Origin: Parcubacteria group bacterium GW2011_GWA1_56_13
GTDB taxonomy: Bacteria > Patescibacteriota > Minisyncoccia > Phycocordibacterales > Phycocordibacteraceae
Reading direction: 5' to 3'
DNA: 64,000 nt
Assembly: GCA_001004905.1 (NCBI GenBank)
Contig: LCRY01000002.1
Coordinates: 199,251-263,250 of the forward strand
Part shown: positions 37,343-45,967 of the stretch, one piece after another
Layout: each line of letters opens with the position of its first letter
Position numbering within the stretch: position 1 is the stretch's first letter
The notes under the pieces: generated by a model
Told to the model about the DNA's origin: nothing
The model's input: the letters and a program-made list of their open reading frames with translations, nothing else
Databases searched by the model: none
Translations under genes and position numbers: made by a program

Positions 37343-40300
37343 ATGAAATCAAACCTCTACAAAAAAGATCTGATCACGACACGATTTGCCGGTAAACTTT
37401 CCGGGTACACTTCGAGTTATTTGAGGCGCCTTGCACGGTCCGGCGAAATAGAGGGTGTCCAGGTCGGCCGGGTGTGGATGATCAAGCGCAGTTCGCTCGT
37501 CCGCTTTCTTGATGTACAAGCAAAGCGCAAGGAAGAGCTATCACACGTTCGCTCTCAAGTTCGCGCCGCTGAATATCACTCGCACCGTCCGCCGTTGCGC
37601 AGGCCTGCAAAAACGATCACGAAACCACTCTCGGCATCGTACTTCGGCACCAAAAAAGAGGCGATTATTTTTGCGTCAATTCTGACGTTCATCGTCATCT
37701 CTTTCGGAACTGTCGCGCTGCAAGGGGCCAGTATCGTTCCGGCTGTCATCACTGCAGGGAAGCAAACGGCAGCCGTTGTTGGCATGCAGTCCGTCTCAGG
37801 CATCGGCGAAAAACTCGCTCTTGCTACGTACGAAACCGTTCAAAGTTTTTTTGATTCTGCACAACGCGCGCTCGCGTCGCTTTTCAAGCCGTCGTCCACC
37901 CTGGTCGTGCTCCCAAGTCCGCCGCCCACCGTCATCGCCTCGAACCCGCCTCCTGTGCATTCGGCTTTCACAACGATTGTCGCCACGACGACCCGGCCTT
38001 CATATACCACCATCGTCCAGGGCATATCTTCCGCCTTCCTCGACCAGTCGCTCTCCACGCTGCGCGCCGACATCATCGCCACCGTCGTTGGCATGGTGAA
38101 TCCGGTGGCCGCACAGGTGAATCCCATCTACCATTACTCCGAAGCAGACTCCTTTGACGGCGGTGCCGTGGGCAACGCCGTCACCGCCCCTTCTTTCTCG
38201 GCAAGCGATGCTGAGGGCATGAACTCCCTCGCCCTTCTTACCGCTGGCACCACCACTCTCACCAATCTCGCGGTCACGAACACGAGCACGAGCACGTTCG
38301 CGGGTCCTCTTTCCGTTGCTGGCGTCCTCACCGTCACCGGAACCACCACCGCTGCCGGATTCATATCGACAGACCTCGGCTCCGCCGAACGCCCCGCCTT
38401 CGCCTTCCTCGCCGACCTCGCCACCGGCCTGTTCTCTCCCACCGCCTCCACCCTCGCCCTGTCAAGCGGCGGCACCGAGCGCCTGCGCATCGACGCCGAC
38501 GGCAACGTGGGCATCGGCACCACCTCCCCCGACGCCCTCCTCTCGCTCCAGCAAGTCACCAACGGCACGCCCTTCTTGAGTGCGTACCGCGTGACCGACA
38601 CGGTCCCCTCCGGCGACTTCATCTCATACAAGCAGAACGACGGCACCACGCTCTTCCGCGTGGACAACTCGGGCAACCTCCTTGCCGGCGGCATCATCAA
38701 CTCCGGCAGCCAGACCATTACGTCCGTTTCGACGCCGCAATTCAGAGTCCAGTATGACCCCACCAACGAGATTACCCTCTCGGTGAACTCCCTGGGCACC
38801 ACCACCATCGGACTAAACGGCACCGCCCCCGGCCTCACCTTCACCCCCCAGTCGAATCTCGTGAACCAGTTCAACTTCACCGACAAGGACAGCAGTTCCG
38901 TGCTCTCCATCGATACCGTGAACAAGCGGGTGGGGGTGGGGACGACGAGTCCATATGCGAAGTTGAGCGTGGTGGGGCCGATAATTGCTGAATACTTTCA
39001 TGCAACCTCGTCTGTTGCTACCTCCACCTTTTCAGGAAAGGTCGGCGTCGGAACCGCGAATCCCGCAAGGAAGGTGCATATAGTAGATGGCACCTCATAT
39101 GGCTTTGGTTTCGGCGAACAACTGCGCGTTGATGGTTCGAATACGGTTGGAGCCAACATCGGTTTCTATACGTCGCTTGGAGGTGATAGGAGAAATTGGT
39201 TGATCGGCACCGACGTGGCTACTGTGGGGGATTTCGGTTTCGTAAGATCGGCAAGCCCCGGGACGGAACCACTGTCTTCCTTAGTGTCTTTGGTCATCAA
39301 CAACGCCGGCAACGTCGGCATCGGGACGACGAGCCCGTGGGCGCAACTTAGCGTGAACCCGAACGGCATCACCGGCCCCGCCTTCGCCATCGGCTCCTCG
39401 ACCAAGACCGATTTCGTGGTGACGAATGGGGGGAAGGTGGGGGTGGGGACGGCGGCGCCCGCCTATCCGCTCCATATCACAGGCACATCAGACACAGGCC
39501 ATCTCGCCGTAGAAGCATCGGGCGGCATCGCCCAAATCCAGCTTCTTGGCAACGCCGGCTCGGCGGACGACATTAATTTCGGCATTTCGGGCGGCACGTT
39601 CGCCAATGCCCCGGGTAAAATCCGCTATAACAACGGCTCTTCAGGCCTCATGCAGTTCTATACCAATAGCGAGGCACGCCTCAACATTACCAACACCGGC
39701 AACGTCGGCATTGGGACGACGACACCTCAATCAAAATTATCGGTTGTGGCGAGTGAAGCGACTAATGCGGCCATATCACTTTCTGCAGACGATGGGGACG
39801 ACATCTCGGACACGTGGTTTTTAAACTCCATTGCTAGTGGCAATACCCTCACCTTTACTAACAGCGGTAATACAGCATTTTCATTGAGTGGTTTTGGCGC
39901 CTTATCATTACCCCAAACAACTGCACAAGTGACTCTGTATAGCTCTTCTGACTCAACGGGGCTGGATTTGGATGTTAGAGCTTCATCTTTACCGACAGCA
40001 TCATACATATACACAGCCGATGGGAGTGGGGGTTCCTATCCGTTTACTACATGGGGTAATTTACTTCTTGGCCCGGCAAGCGGAGCGGATATTGTTCTCG
40101 GCAGGGACAGCGAGGTGGTAATCAAAGACGGCGGCAACGTCGGCATTGGGACGACGAGCCCCGGACACAAACTCTCCGTCGCCGGCTCCGCCTATTTCGA
40201 TGGTGGCACCATTACGGCCTCCGGTTTCACCGCGACTTCGAGCATTTCCGCTCCATACTTCACCACGACCGATGCAACCGCTACTTCCACTTTCGCAGGA

Positions 40301-43300
40301 TTCATAGACGTGAACGGCACCGGTTCGAACGCCACGTCGACCTTCGCCTCGAACCTTTGGGTGAAAGGGACGCTCCGCACGGGTACTGGTTCCATATACT
40401 TGAATGACACTGGCCTCACCGCGTCAGACGGAAATATCGCCCTCACTCGAAACGGCGTCTCACATATAAACGGCGGCAACGTCGGCATAGGCACCACGAC
40501 GCCGGTCGGGAAGCTCACCGTAGCGTCGAGCGGCGGCGTCAATACCGGGCTTACTTTGGACATAAGCTCCGCTTCAAGCTACGTTCCCATCGATTTCAGG
40601 TCCCAATCGACCCTGGGGGCACAGATCGCGATGACGGGCTCCTCTTTTTCGAGCGGCTCTTCCGGCGCGAACGAGCTGTTCGTTGCGAACGAACTGACTT
40701 CAGGAACGTTGCACCTTGCCTCGATCGGGTCGAGCGGAATAGTCAAATTCACTACCGGCGGAAATACCACTGCGAACGAAAGGATGCGCATCACGAGCGA
40801 TGGCAACGTCGGCATCGGCACGACGAATCCGACGGCAGGACACTTAGTGGTTGGTGACGGAACGACTTCAAGCAATCAAGCAATAGTAATGAACTCTCCC
40901 GCTGCGAATTGGGCGGGGATAGTCACACAGAAAGCTGGGACGGAGAAGTGGTTTATAGGGATGGGAGACACCGCAACTTACGGTGATAAGTTGTTATTAA
41001 GACGCACAGCTTCGTCCAACGACATGGTAATTGATACCTCCGGCAACGTCGGCATCGGGACGGCGAGTCCAGGGAGCAAGCTTCATGCATATGATAGTTC
41101 CACCGCTTCCAATCGAGTTGCCCAGTTTACGAATGCGGTAGACGCTAATGGAGAATTCAGCTACATCGGGATTGGCAGGGAAAGCGGTGAGCAAGCGTAT
41201 GTCGGCCATACTTATAATTCGACGGACGGAAACAGATATGCGTGGCTCGGCGTATCAGGCGACGGAATCACAGAGAACGGCACAGGTCTTATAGTCAAAA
41301 AAGGCGGCAACGTCGGCATCGGGACGGCGACGCCCAATGGAAAATTGGCAATCACCCCAAGTTCAGTTGGGACTCGAAAAATTGTGTTGTTTGAAGGTGC
41401 GAATAATGATTATCAGTTTTATGGATTCGGCGTTGAAGGCAGCACATTAGTATATACCACATATACAACAAGCGATGACCACGTATTCTTTGCAGGAACG
41501 TCTGCAACCTCACGGAACGAGTTAATGAGAATAAAAGGCACCGGCAACGTCGGCATCGGGACGGCCAATCCTGGATACAAACTGGATGTCAGTGGCTCTT
41601 TGAATGCTACTTCTCTGTACGAAAATGGGATCCAAGTGAGTTACCCCATACCTTTAGCGCCGGGTGCTAATAATTGTAGTGCTCAATGGGTGAATCTTGG
41701 TACTTTGACAATCGGTCAGGGAGGGCAGAGTGCCTTCATTAAGATGGTATCGAATGCGGGATACAACGCGAGTATAAGTCAAAACTTCGAAGCTTACATC
41801 AGATTCAAAACTAGTAACGGGGGTAGCGTTGACAGTAATGGATTCGCCGGTGATTCTTCGTTTTACACGACGGGAAGATCGCTGTTAAATGGTTCCAGTG
41901 CGGTGAAATGGGTGGCGAATGCGAGTGGTGTTAGTGCTACTTCGTACACTCTCTACGTTAACTTCGCCTCGTGTTTCGGAGTTGGCAGTTTTTATACTGT
42001 AGAAACTTCGGGTGGGTCTTGGGTAGATGTTAGTGCTGGGTCACAATCAGATCCGGGGAGCGGAAGCGCCACGGTTCTCATAGCGACGAATGAATTCAAT
42101 GTCGGCGGAAGTAGTTTGGTTGTCAATTCTTCTAGCAACGTCGGCATCGGTACGGCGGACCCTGGGGCAAAACTTGAAGTATTCGATTCTACGCCCACGA
42201 GCGCCCAGGCAGTAAATTCGAAAGCGAAGATGCTCGTCAATACGAATGGAAATGCGTTTCTAGAATTCCGATCGACTGCGGATAATAACAGCTATCAGGG
42301 ACTTCTCTTTGCCGACAACAATCAAGGAGGTTATGTGGCATTCAACAACGCCGGTGGCGGCGATGATTATTTGCATCTCGGCGGGTACACGGGCGTCAAG
42401 CTTGAGTACGGCTCACAGGATTCAACTACCGACATAGCTCTCAAAACGCTCGGAATGACGCTGAATAGTACGGGAGCGACTTTCGCCGGCGCCGTCGCTG
42501 TGACTGGAGCGCTTTCCCACAATGGCAGTACCGTCTGGGACGCCGGCAATGACGGTGCCAGCAGTGGTCTCGACGCGGACTTACTCGACGGCATAAGCTC
42601 CGCAACCTTTGCACGCCTTGATAGCGCTGCTAGTTTTTCAAGCACGCTCTATGCCGCGGGAAAGATAACGAGCGGCGTCAATGGTGCCGCCTACTTCTGT
42701 GGCGGTGACGATGCCTGTCTCTATGACGTGAACGTTGCCAATGTCGTCGGTATTGTCGGCGCTACAACCGATCGCGGCTATGTACAGTTTGGCAACGGTT
42801 CAAGCGCTATTTTAGGAGCAGTGAACGGAGGAGCTCTCACTTATAATGGCAACACCGTTTGGCATTCAGGAAATGACGGTGCCAGTTCCGGCCTAGACGC
42901 GGACTTACTCGACGGCGTGAGCAGCGGTTCGTTCGCGCGCGTCGATGCCGCCACTAATTTCACCACTGCGCCGACCATTAGCGGAAATACGGTATGGCAC
43001 GCCGGCAACCTCACCAACCTTAACCAGCTCACCAACGGCCCCGGCTACATCACCGACGGCAATAGCGGCTGGGATAACGTTTATGGATACATCACCGACG
43101 GCAATAGCGGCTGGGATAACGCTTATGGCTACATCACCGACGGCAATAGCGGCTGGGATAACGCTTATGGCTACATCACCGGTTCGAACCCAACATTTTC
43201 TAGCCTCAGTATGTTTAGTGGATATAGCGTCTGCATGACCGCACAAACAGGAGGGAATCTTGGTTGGTGCGATCCATCAGACGTGCGTTTGAAGAAGGAG

Positions 43301-44599
43301 ATAGTTCCCCTTCCGACGGCTGCAACAATCGAGAAGCTTCGGGGACTTAACCCGGTTTCATTCAAATGGATCGATGAGGCCGTTAGCACCAGCACCCAGA
43401 TCGGCTTGATTGCCCAAGAAACGATGGAATTTTTCCCTGAATTGATATTATCCGGCAACGGTCCTTATTATGGAGTTAATTACTCAAGACTGGTTTCACC
43501 GCTTATCGTAGGATTCCAGGTGCTTGATAGTCGGACTATCGACATTTCTTCCGACGGTAACGGCAACGTCGGCATCGCTTCGACTTCGCCTTCGGCTACG
43601 CTTAGTGTAAACGGCACCGGCTATTTCACAGACAACCTTACCGTAACCAGTGATGTGCGCGCCACGGGCTTCGTGAACACCTCGACGAGGACGCTCAAGA
43701 CGAACGTCAGTTATCTCTCCGCAAGCTCCTCGCAGCGGATGCTCGCCGAACTCCTCGACCTTAAGGCCGCCACCTACCGCTACATAAGCGACTCGCCTGT
43801 TCTAGGCGGAGCCGAAGGTCTCCGCCTCGGCCTCATCGCCGAAGACGTCGCGGCCATTGCCCCCGAGCTCCTCTCTCTGGACGGGAAGGGAATAGACCTC
43901 TACAAACTCGCCACCTTTACGCTCGCCGGCGTACAGGCACTCGCGATACGCATCGAAGGGCAGGAGACACGCCTCACCTCGCTTGAAGCGCGCGTTGCCG
44001 CTCTCGAGAGTGGGGCGGTGAGCACGGCGAGCGGGACGATGTTGACCGCGTCCTCTACGCAACAATGGATAACGAGCTGGTTCGCGAGCGCACAGAACGG
44101 GATAGGCGACCTGCTCGCAAAGACATTCCGTGCAAGCGAGAAGATATGTGTTGACGACCAATGTCTGACCAAGGATGACGTACATACCTTGCTCCAGATG
44201 GTGAGAGCCCAGGCCACGTCAACGGCCCCAACCAGCACGACTTCGGGTGGGGAAATATCCATAATCACGACCGCATCCTCAACACCGACGGCCGACGCAG
44301 CGACGGCCAGTTCGACCGCGCTTATTACCGCAGACACGGCGGATACGACCGCCACGAGCACGCCAGCGGATACGGCAACAACTACTACACCGATAGAGAT
44401 AACCGACACCCCGCCGACGACGGATACCGCGACAGACAGTACCGTGGTAATCACTGACGTTTTGCCAACGACAGATACAGCGGTCTCCACTGATCAAACA
44501 ACGGCCACATTGGAAACTTCCAGCGAAGTTCCAACGGAGCAGGCCACCGATAGCTCAACCGCGCCTGCAACCGACACCACCACAACAACCTCTCCTTAA
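37343..44599 (+). CDS. giant surface protein: HTH + TM + GNVGIGT-repeat tail-fibre modules + two peptidase S74 chaperone domains + Thr-rich tail
   Basis: N-terminal excisionase-like HTH (GYTSSYLRRLARSGEI...GRVW), TM ~aa107-125, 14 G(N/K)VG(I/V)G-type repeats, LDADLLDG fibre motifs, SDVRLKKEI..GLIAQE and STRTLKTNV..GLIAED. Confidence 0.85.
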   Translation: MKSNLYKKDLITTRFAGKLSGYTSSYLRRLARSGEIEGVQVGRVWMIKRSSLVRFLDVQAKRKEELSHVRSQVRAAEYHSHRPPLRRPAKTITKPLSASYFGTKKEAIIFASILTFIVISFGTVALQGASIVPAVITAGKQTAAVVGMQSVSGIGEKLALATYETVQSFFDSAQRALASLFKPSSTLVVLPSPPPTVIASNPPPVHSAFTTIVATTTRPSYTTIVQGISSAFLDQSLSTLRADIIATVVGMVNPVAAQVNPIYHYSEADSFDGGAVGNAVTAPSFSASDAEGMNSLALLTAGTTTLTNLAVTNTSTSTFAGPLSVAGVLTVTGTTTAAGFISTDLGSAERPAFAFLADLATGLFSPTASTLALSSGGTERLRIDADGNVGIGTTSPDALLSLQQVTNGTPFLSAYRVTDTVPSGDFISYKQNDGTTLFRVDNSGNLLAGGIINSGSQTITSVSTPQFRVQYDPTNEITLSVNSLGTTTIGLNGTAPGLTFTPQSNLVNQFNFTDKDSSSVLSIDTVNKRVGVGTTSPYAKLSVVGPIIAEYFHATSSVATSTFSGKVGVGTANPARKVHIVDGTSYGFGFGEQLRVDGSNTVGANIGFYTSLGGDRRNWLIGTDVATVGDFGFVRSASPGTEPLSSLVSLVINNAGNVGIGTTSPWAQLSVNPNGITGPAFAIGSSTKTDFVVTNGGKVGVGTAAPAYPLHITGTSDTGHLAVEASGGIAQIQLLGNAGSADDINFGISGGTFANAPGKIRYNNGSSGLMQFYTNSEARLNITNTGNVGIGTTTPQSKLSVVASEATNAAISLSADDGDDISDTWFLNSIASGNTLTFTNSGNTAFSLSGFGALSLPQTTAQVTLYSSSDSTGLDLDVRASSLPTASYIYTADGSGGSYPFTTWGNLLLGPASGADIVLGRDSEVVIKDGGNVGIGTTSPGHKLSVAGSAYFDGGTITASGFTATSSISAPYFTTTDATATSTFAGFIDVNGTGSNATSTFASNLWVKGTLRTGTGSIYLNDTGLTASDGNIALTRNGVSHINGGNVGIGTTTPVGKLTVASSGGVNTGLTLDISSASSYVPIDFRSQSTLGAQIAMTGSSFSSGSSGANELFVANELTSGTLHLASIGSSGIVKFTTGGNTTANERMRITSDGNVGIGTTNPTAGHLVVGDGTTSSNQAIVMNSPAANWAGIVTQKAGTEKWFIGMGDTATYGDKLLLRRTASSNDMVIDTSGNVGIGTASPGSKLHAYDSSTASNRVAQFTNAVDANGEFSYIGIGRESGEQAYVGHTYNSTDGNRYAWLGVSGDGITENGTGLIVKKGGNVGIGTATPNGKLAITPSSVGTRKIVLFEGANNDYQFYGFGVEGSTLVYTTYTTSDDHVFFAGTSATSRNELMRIKGTGNVGIGTANPGYKLDVSGSLNATSLYENGIQVSYPIPLAPGANNCSAQWVNLGTLTIGQGGQSAFIKMVSNAGYNASISQNFEAYIRFKTSNGGSVDSNGFAGDSSFYTTGRSLLNGSSAVKWVANASGVSATSYTLYVNFASCFGVGSFYTVETSGGSWVDVSAGSQSDPGSGSATVLIATNEFNVGGSSLVVNSSSNVGIGTADPGAKLEVFDSTPTSAQAVNSKAKMLVNTNGNAFLEFRSTADNNSYQGLLFADNNQGGYVAFNNAGGGDDYLHLGGYTGVKLEYGSQDSTTDIALKTLGMTLNSTGATFAGAVAVTGALSHNGSTVWDAGNDGASSGLDADLLDGISSATFARLDSAASFSSTLYAAGKITSGVNGAAYFCGGDDACLYDVNVANVVGIVGATTDRGYVQFGNGSSAILGAVNGGALTYNGNTVWHSGNDGASSGLDADLLDGVSSGSFARVDAATNFTTAPTISGNTVWHAGNLTNLNQLTNGPGYITDGNSGWDNVYGYITDGNSGWDNAYGYITDGNSGWDNAYGYITGSNPTFSSLSMFSGYSVCMTAQTGGNLGWCDPSDVRLKKEIVPLPTAATIEKLRGLNPVSFKWIDEAVSTSTQIGLIAQETMEFFPELILSGNGPYYGVNYSRLVSPLIVGFQVLDSRTIDISSDGNGNVGIASTSPSATLSVNGTGYFTDNLTVTSDVRATGFVNTSTRTLKTNVSYLSASSSQRMLAELLDLKAATYRYISDSPVLGGAEGLRLGLIAEDVAAIAPELLSLDGKGIDLYKLATFTLAGVQALAIRIEGQETRLTSLEARVAALESGAVSTASGTMLTASSTQQWITSWFASAQNGIGDLLAKTFRASEKICVDDQCLTKDDVHTLLQMVRAQATSTAPTSTTSGGEISIITTASSTPTADAATASSTALITADTADTTATSTPADTATTTTPIEITDTPPTTDTATDSTVVITDVLPTTDTAVSTDQTTATLETSSEVPTEQATDSSTAPATDTTTTTSP
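43043..43181 (+). repeat. 42-bp in-frame tandem repeat (about 3.3 units, GYITDGNSGWDNAY)
   Basis: Units start at 43043, 43085, 43127, 43169 and are nearly identical. Confidence 0.95.
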
Positions 44600-44621
44600 A
44601 CCCGCCTCATTAGCGCAGCCC

Positions 44622-45357
44622 ACTTAGCGGTCGAACCCCTAAGTTGCACGATGATAAGATGTGAGGATGGGAACAAGGAAAAAGTCTTTTGCGAATGGAG
44701 AGTTCTATCATATTTACAACAGAGGAGTTGATAAGAGGGTTATCTTTGTGGATGAAGAGGAGATTCACAGATTCTTCCAAAGTATGGTCGAATTCAATGT
44801 TGTCGATCCCGTAGGAAGTTTGTATCAGAATTCATTCCGCCAACTTAGCGGTCCGACCCCTAAGTCAGAAGACATGCTGGTTGATATCATTGCATATTGT
44901 CTGAATCCAAATCATTTTCACATTATCCTTGAGCAGTTGGTGGAGGGCGGTATCAGCGAATTTATGAAGAGATTGAGTGGCGGCTACACATGCTTTTTTA
45001 ATCATAAAAATGAAAGAAGTGGGTCCTTGTTCCAAGGAAAATTTAAGGCTGTCCATATTGATTCGAACGAATACCTGCTTCATGTAAGTGCGTATGTGAA
45101 TCTGAATGACCGAGTACACGTACTTAGCGGTCGAACCCCTAAGCTGATTGCAAGCAGATCGAGCTGGCAAGAGTATATGGGTAACGGGGTTAGAGGGATT
45201 TGCGAAAAGGAGATTATCTTGGGACAGTTCAAAAATATAGGTGAATACAAAGAATTTGCGCTTGAATCTCTCGAATCAACTAGACAAAGAAAGCAGGAAC
45301 TAAAGGATTTCGACGCATTCCTTCTTGAATAACTACTTAGCGGTCGAACCGCCAAGT
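44622..45357 (+). mobile_element. RAYT/REP unit: four 23-bp REP-like hairpins plus an HUH transposase
   Basis: ACTTAGCGGTC(GA/CG)ACC(C/G)C(T/C)AAG(T/C) at 44622, 44843, 45122, 45335. Confidence 0.85.
44667..45332 (+). CDS. REP-associated tyrosine transposase (Y1 HUH, IS200/IS605 superfamily)
   Basis: FYHIYNRG, YCLNPNHFH (HUH), R.GSLFQGKFKA, YVNLN (catalytic Tyr), SSW. Confidence 0.9.
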   Translation: MGTRKKSFANGEFYHIYNRGVDKRVIFVDEEEIHRFFQSMVEFNVVDPVGSLYQNSFRQLSGPTPKSEDMLVDIIAYCLNPNHFHIILEQLVEGGISEFMKRLSGGYTCFFNHKNERSGSLFQGKFKAVHIDSNEYLLHVSAYVNLNDRVHVLSGRTPKLIASRSSWQEYMGNGVRGICEKEIILGQFKNIGEYKEFALESLESTRQRKQELKDFDAFLLE

Positions 45358-45359
45358 GG

Positions 45360-45962
45360 TCAGGCCTCTTTGCGGTTCGTGAGGGCTGCCCGGAGCGTTT
45401 CTGCGTCGGAGTATTCAAGTTCGCTGCCTGTCGCAAGTCCGCGGCCGAGCATGGAAACCTTTATATGATCGCGCCATGGCGCAAGGAGCTCGCGCACGCG
45501 GTCGGTCGTGTGCTCGCCTTCGCTCGTCGCCGACAGCGCGAGCACAACTTCCTTTAATCCTCGCTTCAGATGATTTTCTATCGCTTTCGTCAGCTCCTTT
45601 TCACGAATGGCTCCTTTGCCCGAGAGGGTCAGCACGCCGCCGAGGACGAAGTAGCGGCCTTTGTAGGTGCCGGCGCGCTCTACCGCGGAAAGGTCCTGGT
45701 CTTTTTCAACGATCATCAATTGTGCGTCGTCACGCGCTTTATCGGTGCAGTAGTTACAGATGGCCGCATTCGTTCCGTTAAAGAAACGCAGACATTCCGG
45801 GCATTGCCGGACATCCTTACCCAAGGAGGCGATGAGCTCGGCAAGCGTCGTCCGCTCGCTCGCGGGCGCGGCGAGCAGGTAATAGACGAAGCGCTTTCCC
45901 TGGCGGGGACCGATACCGGGGAAGCGGGCGAGGACTCGCGCGAGTTCTTCAATATGGTCCAT
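45360..45962 (-). CDS. recR: recombination mediator RecR
   Basis: FPGIGPR, C4 zinc finger, VE, EGE.T, G.ELEY.D..TL. Confidence 0.95.
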   Translation of the reverse strand: MDHIEELARVLARFPGIGPRQGKRFVYYLLAAPASERTTLAELIASLGKDVRQCPECLRFFNGTNAAICNYCTDKARDDAQLMIVEKDQDLSAVERAGTYKGRYFVLGGVLTLSGKGAIREKELTKAIENHLKRGLKEVVLALSATSEGEHTTDRVRELLAPWRDHIKVSMLGRGLATGSELEYSDAETLRAALTNRKEA

Positions 45963-45967
45963 TTACA

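Noticed and set aside
43043-43181. 42-bp repeats as CRISPR or DGR template/variable repeats
   Set aside because: Head-to-tail with no spacers, in frame, no adenine-specific variation and no reverse transcriptase in the window.
37343-44599. Prophage, because of the tail-fibre and excisionase-like domains
   Set aside because: No integrase, terminase, capsid or other phage genes; the flanks are housekeeping genes and the protein has a TM anchor.
44622-45357. Four 23-bp repeats as a CRISPR array
   Set aside because: Spacing is about 210-280 bp, two copies are inside an ORF, and there are no cas genes; this fits REP/RAYT.
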